Assembly (NCBI GenBank): GCA_045120955.1
Contig: JBGVFH010000072.1
Span: 31,876-95,875, forward strand
Direction of reading: 5' to 3'
From: Eubacteriales bacterium
GTDB lineage: Bacteria > Bacillota > Clostridia > Oscillospirales > CAG-272
Length of the DNA: 64,000 nt
Positions 37,255 to 47,597 of this stretch are shown one piece after another (the first letter of the stretch is position 1; every line of letters starts with the position of its first letter). The notes beneath the pieces were generated by a model that had not been told where the DNA came from, did not search any database, and worked only from the letters and a program-made list of their open reading frames with translations. A program made the position numbers and the translations under genes.

Positions 37255-38628
37255 ATGCAACAAAGAGAAAAATTTTCTTCCCGTATCGGTTTTATACTGA
37301 TAAGCGCAGGCTGTGCCGTCGGTCTTGGTAATGTTTACAGATTTCCTATAATTGCGGGCGCATACGGCGGTGCAATATTCGTGCTTATCTATATCGCTTT
37401 TCTCATTGTGCTCGGTATCCCCGTTATGACGGCAGAATTAGCGGTCGGCAGGGGCTCACAGCGCAGTATTGCTTCTTCCTTTGACGTGCTCGAGAAAAAG
37501 GGGCAAAAATGGCACCTTGCAAAGGGGCTCGGAATTGTCGGTAACTATCTGCTGATGATGTTTTACACTACGATATCCGGCTGGATGGTGCTGTATTTTA
37601 TCAAATACGTTGACGGCTCGATACTGTCTGTGCAGGATGCGCAGGCACTCAGCGGAGTGTTCGGAGAGATGGCATCAAACACGCCCGTTGTACTCGCAGC
37701 TACAGCCGGTGTTATATTCGTGTGCTTCGGCATTTGCTCGCTCGGTCTGCAAAAGGGAGTTGAGCGAATTACAAAGCTGATGATGGTGGCGCTGTTCGTG
37801 CTGATGATCTCGCTCGCTATTTACTGCTGTACTCTTGACGGAGCAAAAGAGGGGCTGAGGTTCTATCTTGTACCTTCAATCGAAAATCTGCAGGCTGCGG
37901 GTATAGGCACGGTTGTCTCTGCGGCAATGGGACAGGCGTTTTTTACGCTCAGTATAGGCATTGGCTCGATTGCGATCTTCGGCAGTTATATAGATAAAGA
38001 CCGCAAGCTTCTCGGAGAGGCAGCTACGATCATCAGCCTTGATACGAGTGTTGCTCTGATATCGGGTCTTATCGTTTTTCCTGCATGCTTTACCTTCAAC
38101 GGCGGTCAGACAGCCGATGCATCCACCGTCGGTGCGAGCTTTTTGTTTACGACACTTTCGAGTATCTTCAATCAGATGCCCGGCGGCAGACTCATCGGCT
38201 CGCTGTTCTTCCTGTTTATGATGTTTGCGGCGCTCTCGACCGTCATTGCCGTGTTTGAAAACATAATGTCATTTTGGCTTGAGCTTACTTCTCTTAAGCG
38301 CAGAACCGTAGCTGTGATAAACATCGCACTTGTATTTCTGCTCTCTTTGCCTTGCATTCTCGGCTTCGGTGTTTTGTCAGAGGTAAAGATATTCGGGCTC
38401 GGAATTATGGATCTTGAGGATTATGTAGTCAGCAACCTCCTGCTCCCTATCGGAAGTATCATTTATGTGCTGTTTTGTACTTCACGCTACGGCTGGGGAT
38501 GGGATAAATTTATCGCTGAGGCAAACTGCGGAAGCAAGGGCATAAATATGCCTCGAATACTCAAGCCCTATGTCTCTTACGTTCTTCCCGTTATTATAGC
38601 GGCGGTTTTTGTCATGTCGATAATTTAA
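37255..38628 (+). CDS. Sodium-dependent transporter (NSS/SNF family)
   Basis: 457 aa, multi-TM, with the hallmark GLGNVYRFP near the N-terminus. Confidence 0.9.
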   Translation: MQQREKFSSRIGFILISAGCAVGLGNVYRFPIIAGAYGGAIFVLIYIAFLIVLGIPVMTAELAVGRGSQRSIASSFDVLEKKGQKWHLAKGLGIVGNYLLMMFYTTISGWMVLYFIKYVDGSILSVQDAQALSGVFGEMASNTPVVLAATAGVIFVCFGICSLGLQKGVERITKLMMVALFVLMISLAIYCCTLDGAKEGLRFYLVPSIENLQAAGIGTVVSAAMGQAFFTLSIGIGSIAIFGSYIDKDRKLLGEAATIISLDTSVALISGLIVFPACFTFNGGQTADASTVGASFLFTTLSSIFNQMPGGRLIGSLFFLFMMFAALSTVIAVFENIMSFWLELTSLKRRTVAVINIALVFLLSLPCILGFGVLSEVKIFGLGIMDLEDYVVSNLLLPIGSIIYVLFCTSRYGWGWDKFIAEANCGSKGINMPRILKPYVSYVLPVIIAAVFVMSII

Positions 38629-38658
38629 TATGTTCGTGTATCTGTAAAAAACCTTTTT

Positions 38659-38755
38659 AAAGCGAGCAGTGCCCGCTCTATTCTCTCGGCGTTGTTTTGC
38701 TATCACAGAAGCTCTGCAAAAACGGCAAGTGAGAATGTGTACAAATTCATATGAG
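38659..38755 (-). repeat. Family-A repeat (X-prime-Y form, inverted)
   Basis: AAGCGAGCAGTGCCCGCTCTATTCTCTCGGCG...ACGGCAAGTGAGAATGTGTACAAATTCATATG. Confidence 0.7.
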
Positions 38756-38759
38756 ACAA

Positions 38760-38799
38760 AAAGTGCGGGGAGAAACCTCTTTAAAAGGTTTCTCCCCGC
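38760..38799 (-). terminator. Terminator of the 38828-40690 lipoprotein gene
   Basis: 13-bp stem GCGGGGAGAAACC/GGTTTCTCCCCGC, followed on the minus strand by a T-run. Confidence 0.6.
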
Positions 38800-38827
38800 A
38801 ATCATATTATTTATTATATCTGCCTTA

Positions 38828-40690
38828 TTAAGAGTGCTGTACCGCAGTGTTTGAAGACACATCCTCGTTGCTTGAGCCAAACAGTCCGGCATCGGCAAGC
38901 TTAGATATGAGGGTCTTGTTCTTTTGAGCAAAATCCTCGATAATGTCCTTGAGCGCATTCTCATCAAGTCCCGCAACAGACTCGTATTCGGGAGTTTCGG
39001 GGACAGCTACGCCGGTTTTAAACGCTATTTTCAGTCCTATAGAAGAGAGGTCCATTTCGATCCCGCTCGTTTTAAAGCTGCTGAGAGTAAACTCAGCGGA
39101 ATTCTCTGTCATTGCTGCATCAAATACGATCTCGCCCGACATTTTATCCTCGCCGTCATCTATATCCATGCTGAGCACGAGCTTGCTGTCTTTCAGTTCT
39201 CCTTTGAGTGTAGTTTTGTCCTCTCCGTCGTTGAATGTCAGGCTGATATAGGTGTCAGTCCATTCGAGCTTGCCCGTTGAGAGAGTCTCATGTACCTCTG
39301 TTCCGTATTTTATGCTCTGAGCCATGTTCAGATCAATGCTGTTGTCGTTGCGTGTGAGCTTTATCTCGACCTTTACGGAGTACGCATCGAGCTCTCCGTC
39401 CTGTGAGTTGTTCGTAACTGTAAGTACAGCCGTATTCTCTGCCCATTCAAGCTTGAATTCCTGCTTTTCTTCGGAGCCGAGCAGTCCGTCCTTTGACTCA
39501 ACACTTATACAAGCCGAGGACTGACCGATAACTGCCTCTATCTTTGACACATCTGTGTATGCTGCCTCGGCACCGTTGTCGTCTATGTACGACGATCTTT
39601 CTGTAAATTCAAAGAGTATGACGGTATTTTCGTCTCTGTTATCTATCTTGAATATAAGCTCACCCGAGCCTTGCTTATCCTTTATAGACAGCGAGAGGTT
39701 TCCGTCGCCGCTGTTAAAGGTGAAAACTGCGAGCGCATCACCTATGCTTGCGGTGATGTCAGCCGAGAGCACAGAGCTGTCTGTCTTGTCAAGAGTAAGC
39801 TTTATCTCAGCGCCGAAGCCCGAATTATTGAGTATTTCTTTTGCTGAGGATATGAGCTGAGCCTTTGAGGGCTTGCCCGAGAGGAATTGATCCTTTGTTA
39901 CACCCGAGAGGGCGGTCATTATTTCGAGAGCCTCGTCATCGGCGCAGAATGCCTCGATAAGCTCTGTAAGGATCACGGCTGTGTTGTCGGGTGTGAGGGT
40001 GAAGCTGATATTTTTCGTGTTGCCCTCCTCAGAGACTGCAAAGCTGACATTTGCCTTTAACGCAGTATCGAGCTTTTCCACATATCTTGAAAGGAGCGCA
40101 GTCAGCTTTTCCGGGTCGCTTAGCAGCTCTATAAGCTCTGTGTAGCCTGAGCCGAGCTCATCCGCCATGCTGTCTGTGAAAAGTGAAACAAGCTCTTCGT
40201 ATGATATGCCGTAGCTTTTGTTATAGAGAGAGGGAGCGCTGAGCACGATCCCCTCGAGATCTTCATAAAGGCTGACCTTGTGCTCTTCTCCGAAGAGCTT
40301 TGCCCCGAGGCTTGATACCGCCTTGCCGTTTGCAAAGTCGTATATCATATCAAAGTAAATATTCTTTATATCGGGGTTCTCCGCACCGTTCTCTCCGAGC
40401 AGAGTCATTAAAGCGGTGGGGTCTGCCACCGATACGCTCATTTGTGAGCCTCCCGACACAACGCTGTCCTCGCTCACCCCTATCATCTGTGAGAACAAGG
40501 TACCCAGCGCCTGAGCACTTACACTGATACTGCCGTCGCCGTTATCGCCGTTATCTGCGGTGTCCTCGGGGTTTTTTTCAGTATCAGATATAATGTCCGT
40601 GTTGTTTTCAAGTGTTGCCTGCTCTCCGCAGCCGATAAAACAGCCGAGGACAAGCACGCTTACCAATAGCATACATAAAATTCTTTTCAT
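38828..40690 (-). CDS. Lipoprotein of unknown function
   Basis: Start moved to MKRILCMLLVSVLVLGCFIGC (signal peptide plus lipobox). About 620 aa with no motifs I recognise. Confidence 0.6.
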   Translation of the reverse strand: MKRILCMLLVSVLVLGCFIGCGEQATLENNTDIISDTEKNPEDTADNGDNGDGSISVSAQALGTLFSQMIGVSEDSVVSGGSQMSVSVADPTALMTLLGENGAENPDIKNIYFDMIYDFANGKAVSSLGAKLFGEEHKVSLYEDLEGIVLSAPSLYNKSYGISYEELVSLFTDSMADELGSGYTELIELLSDPEKLTALLSRYVEKLDTALKANVSFAVSEEGNTKNISFTLTPDNTAVILTELIEAFCADDEALEIMTALSGVTKDQFLSGKPSKAQLISSAKEILNNSGFGAEIKLTLDKTDSSVLSADITASIGDALAVFTFNSGDGNLSLSIKDKQGSGELIFKIDNRDENTVILFEFTERSSYIDDNGAEAAYTDVSKIEAVIGQSSACISVESKDGLLGSEEKQEFKLEWAENTAVLTVTNNSQDGELDAYSVKVEIKLTRNDNSIDLNMAQSIKYGTEVHETLSTGKLEWTDTYISLTFNDGEDKTTLKGELKDSKLVLSMDIDDGEDKMSGEIVFDAAMTENSAEFTLSSFKTSGIEMDLSSIGLKIAFKTGVAVPETPEYESVAGLDENALKDIIEDFAQKNKTLISKLADAGLFGSSNEDVSSNTAVQHS

Positions 40691-40823
40691 AATTACCCTC
40701 CATAATATATCTGTCGCATACAAGGTGTTGACCTTATATTTATTATAACGGAAATACCGCAAAAGGTCAATACCTTAAAAAGTCAATACCTTTCGTCACG
40801 GACGTATAATGAAAGTCCGCCGC

Positions 40824-43205
40824 CTATTTCCGTGCGTCCTTTACGCAGACGGTTACTACCGTCATGTCGTCTCTGCAGTTATGCTTTGTTTTTGCGGCGG
40901 CGAGAACGGATGCCGCAATGTCAAAAGGGTTGTCCGTTGTTCGGCGGCACAGCTGCTGTACCACCAGCCGCCCCTCGTCCGGACCTTCAACTATTCCGTC
41001 GCTGACCATTACAACTATGTCCCCCCGCCTGAGGCGGAATTTTATTTTTTCGGCACCTATACGCTCGGTTATGCCTATCGGTATGGTTTTTGCTGATACA
41101 CGGTACACGTTTTTTTGTCTGCAGACAAAGGAGGGCGCCGCACCGCTTTTTATAAAACACCCTTCACCGCTGAAGGTATCAAGCTCAAACAGATCAACGG
41201 TGCTTGAACATTCCTGCGGATCTTCTCTTATCACGGCGTTGAGCATCTCTATTGTCAGCTCCTTTGGGTTTGAGCTTTCGAGCATATTGTGAAGATACTC
41301 CGTGCAAACGCCGCTCGTATATGCGGCATCCTTGCCGCTGCCCATGCCGTCGCAGAGTATCCCGTAAAAATATCCTTCATTATTATATAAGCTGTCAGCG
41401 CTGTCTCCGCTGCAGCTCTCTCCCTCCTTCGGAAGTGTGGCAATGGCGCACTCGGCGGAGTACATAGGCTCGCTGTGCATCTCAAATTCAATATCCGCAC
41501 CGTCGATGCTGTATACGGGCGAGGAGAGCCTGCAGCCGCATACCTTCTCAAACTCACGGCGCAGAGCGGCGGCGCTCACCGTGTGAGAGGCAAGGTCTAT
41601 TTTTGCGGCATATATCTGCTTTTGCCGTTTGCCGTATACTCTGATACTGCCTATGCCGTAGAGGCGTCTGCGGCACATATCGAGAAGCGCATCGGAAAGC
41701 GCACGGTCGAGAGTGTCCTTTTCCTTTGCTTTTTGCAAATGAGCACAAAGTATCTTTGACATAGCCTCATAGTCGGAGGCGAAGATATCCGTTCCTCCTT
41801 TTTTAAAGCACGCCTCGGTAGCTTGTCCCGTTCTTTTGTTTATTTGGGAGACGAGCGCTTCTTTTTTTATGCATTGCGATTGCAGATATGCGGGCAGAGC
41901 AGGCTCGTTTATCCTTCCGTGCTTTGAGAGGTAGCTGCTGACCTTAGAAAAAGCATCGCTTGTACTGCCGGCGTTTTTCTCCCAGCAAAACGACCTTTTT
42001 CTGCAGTCGGGGCAAACGCTGTCACAGCTTTGCTCGCATATACCTCGTGTGTCGAGCAGCTGTGTGCGTTTTGCCTTGCTTGAGAGGGCTTTGAGCATAT
42101 TTGAAAGCGAGGCGAAGGCGACCGACACCTCCTCCATGCTTTTTGCGGCACCCCTGACATTCTGATCCTCCGTGCGCTCCTTTTTTTCGAGAAGCGGCAG
42201 AGTAAAACAGCTTATCCTCTCGCTTATGTTGTATTTTTGCCATAAAAGTGTAAGACACAGCCCGATGCTTGTGTCAGGCAGACATGAGATAAGCGCAGAA
42301 TAACCGCCGATATATCCTTGAGCCATAACGATAAAGGTGTATGCGCCGAGATTTCCGAGAAAGGGCGAGAGTGACCCGAGTGCGGCGCACAGCGTCGCCG
42401 CTAACGCATATACGGCGGCGGTGCTTATCCCGAAGGGAAGCCCGCATACCAGCCCCATGAGTGCGCAGGCACCCTTTTTCTTTTTTGAGGCTTCTGCCGT
42501 CATGAGGCAAAAAGCTGCAACTCCGGCGCATCTGACGTATAACAGAGTTAAGTCGGAGAGCGACAGGACAAGTACAGCGCACAGCACGAGTCTTGCCGCA
42601 TCACGCAGCTCGCTTTTTTGCGAGGAGTCAAAGCCGCAGCAAAAAATATACGTTCCTACAGGACACACCGCCATGACAAGCAGCGAGCCGAGCAGAGAAT
42701 AATAGGTAAATCCGAAATAAAACAGATTGTAAATTCCTATAATAAAGGAAGCAACACATGAGAAAATTACTCTGTATGCTATCCACTCCGAATAAACGGG
42801 GAAACGCCTTATCCCCTCTTCCTTTGCGTCAAAATATACGCAGGCGGCACTGCGCACGGCAAGTATGAGAGCATAGAGCAGAGCATATACATTTGATACT
42901 CCGCCGAGACACAGACAGGTTATAACAGATACAAGTGAGTATATCGGCAAGGCTCTGCCGATCGAGCACAGATATATTATGCCAAACGGGTAAACGCTGA
43001 ACGCAAGCTGTGTACGGCACATCAGTGCGGCAAAAATACAGCCCATCACGCATCTTGCGGCTTTGACTGTATAGCGCCGTTGCTTTGCTTCGCTTTTCTC
43101 TCCCTCCCTGTCGGTTAAAATGTGCGTAAAAACAAAATTTTTTACATATGAGAGCAGCTGTGCGCCCTTAGGTCTTCTTTTTCTTTTTGCATCGACATCC
43201 GCCAT
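40824..43205 (-). CDS. spoIIE: Stage II sporulation protein E (membrane PP2C phosphatase)
   Basis: Start at ATG 43205 (MADVDAKRK) after AAGGAGGAAAA. About 10 TM segments, then a C-terminal PP2C domain (GILCDGMGSG, VMVSDGIVE, DDMTVV). Confidence 0.85.
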   Translation of the reverse strand: MADVDAKRKRRPKGAQLLSYVKNFVFTHILTDREGEKSEAKQRRYTVKAARCVMGCIFAALMCRTQLAFSVYPFGIIYLCSIGRALPIYSLVSVITCLCLGGVSNVYALLYALILAVRSAACVYFDAKEEGIRRFPVYSEWIAYRVIFSCVASFIIGIYNLFYFGFTYYSLLGSLLVMAVCPVGTYIFCCGFDSSQKSELRDAARLVLCAVLVLSLSDLTLLYVRCAGVAAFCLMTAEASKKKKGACALMGLVCGLPFGISTAAVYALAATLCAALGSLSPFLGNLGAYTFIVMAQGYIGGYSALISCLPDTSIGLCLTLLWQKYNISERISCFTLPLLEKKERTEDQNVRGAAKSMEEVSVAFASLSNMLKALSSKAKRTQLLDTRGICEQSCDSVCPDCRKRSFCWEKNAGSTSDAFSKVSSYLSKHGRINEPALPAYLQSQCIKKEALVSQINKRTGQATEACFKKGGTDIFASDYEAMSKILCAHLQKAKEKDTLDRALSDALLDMCRRRLYGIGSIRVYGKRQKQIYAAKIDLASHTVSAAALRREFEKVCGCRLSSPVYSIDGADIEFEMHSEPMYSAECAIATLPKEGESCSGDSADSLYNNEGYFYGILCDGMGSGKDAAYTSGVCTEYLHNMLESSNPKELTIEMLNAVIREDPQECSSTVDLFELDTFSGEGCFIKSGAAPSFVCRQKNVYRVSAKTIPIGITERIGAEKIKFRLRRGDIVVMVSDGIVEGPDEGRLVVQQLCRRTTDNPFDIAASVLAAAKTKHNCRDDMTVVTVCVKDARK

Positions 43206-43631
43206 TTTATTTTCCTCCTTTTTTGTGGTAAGGACAATTTTATTACAGCGGCAGCATAAATTGAGTCGAAACATGAATTCGGGAATTGTAGTGTAAAAAA
43301 TGAGATTTTGCATCTCAATGTCGTGCTCGGCAAAAAAATACCGCACCGAGCAAGAAAAAGGTGCAAATTTTAAATAGATTATAAGAGCAAACATCAAAAA
43401 AAGAAGAAAAGTTTTTTCGGACGGGGACAGAGCGCAGACTCTCTGACATTGGATGAGGGATAGCGGCGGGTATTTGTGTGCGGCAAAGAAAAAACCGCAT
43501 ACACGCCCCGAGAGGCCGTGTATGCGGCAGTATGATCTTTTGGTTTTGCGCTTTGTTATGCACGTTTGCACTTTATTATGCAGGGTCGCAAAGTGCACCC
43601 TGACCGTTTTGGCACAAGGCGCCTTGCCTTT

Positions 43632-44438
43632 TTAATTTTTCTCCTGCTTTGCGTTGTCAGACAGATCACGGTTGCACATTTGCTTTTTGTATATTTGGGG
43701 AGAAGTGCCGAACTGTGCACGGAACAGCTTGTAAAAGAGCGAATATTCGGAAAATCCGCACTCGTCGCTGATGGTCTGACAGCTTTTGTCCGTGGTGATG
43801 AGCAGATTTCTTGCATTTTCTATTCGCATAAGATTGACATATTTATACGGCGTTATTCCGTATGTCAGCTTGAACACGTCGATAAGATAATTTTTGCTGT
43901 AGGAGAGGCGGTCGCTTATCTCCTGCATCGAAAAGGGGTGCATATATTCCTTGATTATGATATCGTGTATTCTTTCAGCCAACATGCGCTGTGGGGTCTT
44001 GTATTTCTTTTGGCAGGAATCGAGAACGGTCAGCAGCTTGTAAAAAACAAATCTTTTTTCAAGACGTGTCCGAAAGGGGTCCTTGCATATCTTTTCCATC
44101 TCATGAAAAAGCGGCAGCATCAAAGCTACGTCAAACTTGCCCTCGAGCGGAAGCCCGTCGGGGGTGTCTTTAATATTACCTCGGAAATGGACGTAAAAGT
44201 ATTTGGGACAGTCGCTGGGTTCATCGGCGGTCTGCTGCAGGTTTGCTTTTTGAATATAATAGTGATTTTTGCAAACTGTGACCCTTTTCCCATCCTCAAT
44301 AAACTTCAGCGTGCCGTCAAGCATAAATATTATGACATTCTCGGGCCAGATCCTTGTTATATGCTTCTCTCCCGGCTCAAAATAACGAAAATTACACAAA
44401 AGGTATTTGGGAAGATCGTGAAAACTGAGTCTTTCCAT
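43632..44438 (-). CDS. AraC-family transcriptional regulator
   Basis: Start at MERLSFHDLP. C-terminal AraC dual HTH (ISDECGFSEYSLFYKLFRAQFGTSP). Divergent from the GH127-like gene. Confidence 0.85.
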   Translation of the reverse strand: MERLSFHDLPKYLLCNFRYFEPGEKHITRIWPENVIIFMLDGTLKFIEDGKRVTVCKNHYYIQKANLQQTADEPSDCPKYFYVHFRGNIKDTPDGLPLEGKFDVALMLPLFHEMEKICKDPFRTRLEKRFVFYKLLTVLDSCQKKYKTPQRMLAERIHDIIIKEYMHPFSMQEISDRLSYSKNYLIDVFKLTYGITPYKYVNLMRIENARNLLITTDKSCQTISDECGFSEYSLFYKLFRAQFGTSPQIYKKQMCNRDLSDNAKQEKN

Positions 44439-44636
44439 AATAATACTCCCTTTATTATTTTGTAACTTGAGTATATCACAAGAAAAAATGAATTTCAATA
44501 CTTGCCGTAATTTTTGCAATATTTGTCTGTGTTTTTGCATAGTCATACAAAATATTCCATGGTATCCTTAAAACAGAAGTATTATGTTTTCTTAAATTAA
44601 AGATAAATTCACCTGTACTATGGGAGGTATGAGCTA

Positions 44637-46490
44637 ATGCAGAAGTACGGTTTTTTTAATACGGATGAGCTTAAGCCGTCCGGCTGGCTTAAAAAACAGC
44701 TTGAGATTCAGGCAAACGGTCTTTCGGGTGCTCTTGACAAGGTGTGGAGAGATGTCCGTGACAGTGCATGGATAGGAGGAGACGCTGAGGGCTGGGAGAG
44801 AGTTCCTTACTGGCTCGACGGCTTTATTGTGCTTGCTCATTTGCTCGATGATGAGGATAAAAAAGCCCGTGCAAAGAAATACATAGATGCAATAATCGAA
44901 AGACAGAAAGAGGACGGCTGGATATGTCCGTGCAGTGATGAGGAAAGAGAAACCTACGACGTTTGGGCGGTTTTCCTCATTACTAAGGTACTCATGGTAT
45001 ACTACGATTGCTCGCATGACGAAAAGGCAGTTACGGCTGTTTACAAAGCACTCAAAAATCTGTACGAAATGCTCTGCGGCTCAAAGATAGCTCTTCTAAA
45101 ATGGGGCAAGTTCCGTTGGTTTGAGTGCATGATCGCTATCGAGCGTGTATATAGCATATATAATGAAGAGTGGATGCTTGACCTTTGCCGTATTCTCAAG
45201 GAGCAGGGTGTAGACTATACCAAACTCACAGATGAGTGGAAGGTCCCTGTCAACCGTTGGAGACTCGAAACACATTTGGTCAATATCGTAATGGCTCTCA
45301 AGGCAGAGGCTGTCAGATATGAGCTGCTCGGAGAAGAGTATACCGACGAGGCTGAATATCTGTGGCAGGTTCTTGAAAAATACAACGCAACGAGCGTCGG
45401 CACATTTACAGGCGATGAATGTCTGTCAGGCATCAGCCCCGTTCAGGGAACAGAGCTGTGTGCTGTGGTTGAGCTGATGTACTCCGCTGAGCTTCTTTTT
45501 GCTCATACGGGAGATACAAAGTGGGCTGACAGACTTGAAAAAGCTGCCTTCAATGCACTTCCCGCTACTATCACAGAGGATATGTGGGCGCATCAGTATG
45601 ACCAGATGTCAAACCAGATAGAGTGCGTACCCTTCCCCGGAAAGTCATTCTTCCGTTCAAACGGTGCAGGCTCTCACATCTTCGGTCTTGAGCCGCATTT
45701 CGGCTGCTGCACATCAAACTTCAATCAGGGCTGGCCGAAGCTCTGCCAGAGCGTTTTGATGAAGAGCGATGCAGGCATCGTCAATACGACCCCCATCCCC
45801 GTAAAGCTCAACACAGAGATAAACGGCAAAAAGGTATTTGTCGAGATAAACACGCTGTATCCTTTCAGAGACAGAGTTGAATATACGGTAAAGGCTGACG
45901 AGGCTGTTGATTTTGAGCTTAAAATAAGAGTTCCTTCATGGGCAAAGAGCGTAAAGCTGGACGGAGAGGCTGTCGAAGTAAAGGACTATCTGACGGTTTC
46001 AAAGAGCTGGCAGGGTGAGCAGACTGTTGTTGTTGAGTTTACAAGAGACATCGAGATGAAAACTCTCGGCGGCGGGCTGTATTTTGTAAATTACGGACCG
46101 CTTGTATTCTCGCTTCCTATAAAGGGCAGATGGGAAATGAAGGAATACACACGCAATGACATCGAGAGAAAGTTCCCCTACTGCGACTGGCACGTTTACC
46201 GTGAGTCGGAGTTTGCGTACGGCTTTGACAATGACAGCTTTACGGTAGTACCGAAAGAAGGCTGTGATATACCGTTCTCACATGACAATCCCATGCTTAC
46301 CGTTGAGGCAAACATGAGAAGAATAAATTGGGAGATGGCAGACGGATATCTCAACGTCCCTGCAAAATATCCCACAGACAGACGCCCTGTAGGCAAGAGT
46401 GAAAAGATCACACTCGTTCCTTACGGATGCACAGCGCTTCGTATGACAGAGATGCCGTTCTGCTCGAGCGACGATACTTCAGACAAGTAA
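44637..46490 (+). CDS. Beta-L-arabinofuranosidase-like glycoside hydrolase (GH127/GH146, DUF1680-type)
   Basis: 617 aa. N-terminal GWERVPYWLDG and the Cys-Cys segment HFGCCTSNFNQGWPK resemble the GH127 zinc/catalytic motif as I recall it. Confidence 0.6.
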   Translation: MQKYGFFNTDELKPSGWLKKQLEIQANGLSGALDKVWRDVRDSAWIGGDAEGWERVPYWLDGFIVLAHLLDDEDKKARAKKYIDAIIERQKEDGWICPCSDEERETYDVWAVFLITKVLMVYYDCSHDEKAVTAVYKALKNLYEMLCGSKIALLKWGKFRWFECMIAIERVYSIYNEEWMLDLCRILKEQGVDYTKLTDEWKVPVNRWRLETHLVNIVMALKAEAVRYELLGEEYTDEAEYLWQVLEKYNATSVGTFTGDECLSGISPVQGTELCAVVELMYSAELLFAHTGDTKWADRLEKAAFNALPATITEDMWAHQYDQMSNQIECVPFPGKSFFRSNGAGSHIFGLEPHFGCCTSNFNQGWPKLCQSVLMKSDAGIVNTTPIPVKLNTEINGKKVFVEINTLYPFRDRVEYTVKADEAVDFELKIRVPSWAKSVKLDGEAVEVKDYLTVSKSWQGEQTVVVEFTRDIEMKTLGGGLYFVNYGPLVFSLPIKGRWEMKEYTRNDIERKFPYCDWHVYRESEFAYGFDNDSFTVVPKEGCDIPFSHDNPMLTVEANMRRINWEMADGYLNVPAKYPTDRRPVGKSEKITLVPYGCTALRMTEMPFCSSDDTSDK

Positions 46491-46602
46491 TTATCCTCGA
46501 GCATCAATAGCAGCATGGCGTATTGATATCCCCCATAGCATACGACTAAGCGGACCCGCGGGAAATGGATTCTCCTTTTTCCCTGCGGGTCATTTCTTAT
46601 TG

Positions 46603-46703
46603 TATAGGAAATTGCGCAATTACACTCCGCCGTTAGGTTGAGTTAAAGAAAAACCAAAGATACAATAGGCGGGAGGATGGATGCGGGCGCTGCCCGCTTT
46701 TTT
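46603..46703 (+). repeat. Family-A repeat (X-Y), tandem copy 1
   Basis: TATAGGAAATTGCGCAATTACAC...AATAGGCGGGAGGATGGATGCGGGCGCTGCCCGCTTTTTT. Confidence 0.9.
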
Positions 46704-46707
46704 ATCT

Positions 46708-46808
46708 CATAGGAAATTGTGTAATTACGCCCCGCCGTTAGGTTGAGTTAAAGAAAATCCAAAGATACAATAGGCGGGAGGATGGGTGCGGGCACTGCCC
46801 GCTTTTTT
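46708..46808 (+). repeat. Family-A repeat (X-Y), tandem copy 2
   Basis: CATAGGAAATTGTGTAATTACGC...AATAGGCGGGAGGATGGGTGCGGGCACTGCCCGCTTTTTT. Confidence 0.9.
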
Positions 46809-47047
46809 ATTACGGTGACGTTTATCCCTATGCATACAGCTCTACCGCACAAGAGTTGTCCTGCAATAAGCACAAAAAACATACTGCAAATATTAATTTA
46901 TATATATATTTTTTGCTAAAATATATTGAGTATTTGAAAAAAATATGCTATGATAGGGGTATAATCGTCGCAATATACATTTTTGGAGGCGCAAAAAACA
47001 ACAGAGATCTACAACCATATATTTCAAAAGCAAACGGAGGAACAAAG

Positions 47048-47518
47048 ATGACAAGTTTGACAAACAGCAAGGCCTTGAAGATTGCCGTAATTTTCATCGG
47101 TATGGCAAACAGCGGAAAAACCGAGTTTTACAATAGGTACTTCAGCGACATTTATACGCATATAGAGTTATCTGTTCTCCGAACGCGATTGAAAGAAAGA
47201 TCGGCACTTAACGAGTGTTTTGCACATGGGGACTCTTTTGTAATAAACAACGAAAATCCCACGAAAGCCGACAGGCAAAGATATATTCCGTCGGCAAAGG
47301 AGGCGGGGTACCGTATAGTCGGGTATTACTTTGACAGTACGGCGGAGCCGCCGACCGCTAATACAAGCAAGGCAAAGGAAAAAGCGAAGTATAACGCCTA
47401 TATAAAATTCAAGGACAAACTGCAGACGCCGTGCTATGATGAGGGCTTTGATGAGCTGTACTGTGTACATATGAGCCGCAGCGGCGACTTTCACACAGAG
47501 AAAATAAACAAAGAATAA
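47048..47518 (+). CDS. P-loop kinase-like ATP-binding protein
   Basis: Start at ATG 47048 after ACGGAGG. 156 aa with Walker A GMANSGKT. Size and layout resemble AAA_33/polynucleotide-kinase-type proteins. Confidence 0.55.
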   Translation: MTSLTNSKALKIAVIFIGMANSGKTEFYNRYFSDIYTHIELSVLRTRLKERSALNECFAHGDSFVINNENPTKADRQRYIPSAKEAGYRIVGYYFDSTAEPPTANTSKAKEKAKYNAYIKFKDKLQTPCYDEGFDELYCVHMSRSGDFHTEKINKE

Positions 47519-47597
47519 AACGACGGCAGGCTGCAGCCTGCCGTATGCTTTGAAAATATTTGCATATTATAAATTCAGTAAAACCGAGGGAGAGGGC

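Noticed and set aside
43206-43598. 131-codon N-terminal extension of the SpoIIE ORF
   Set aside because: The extension has no RBS and odd composition. The internal ATG at 43205 follows AAGGAGGAAAA and begins the expected basic N-terminus before the TM segments.
43566-44465. 299-aa plus-strand ORF
   Set aside because: It is antisense to the AraC regulator, whose HTH motifs are clear. It is a shadow frame.
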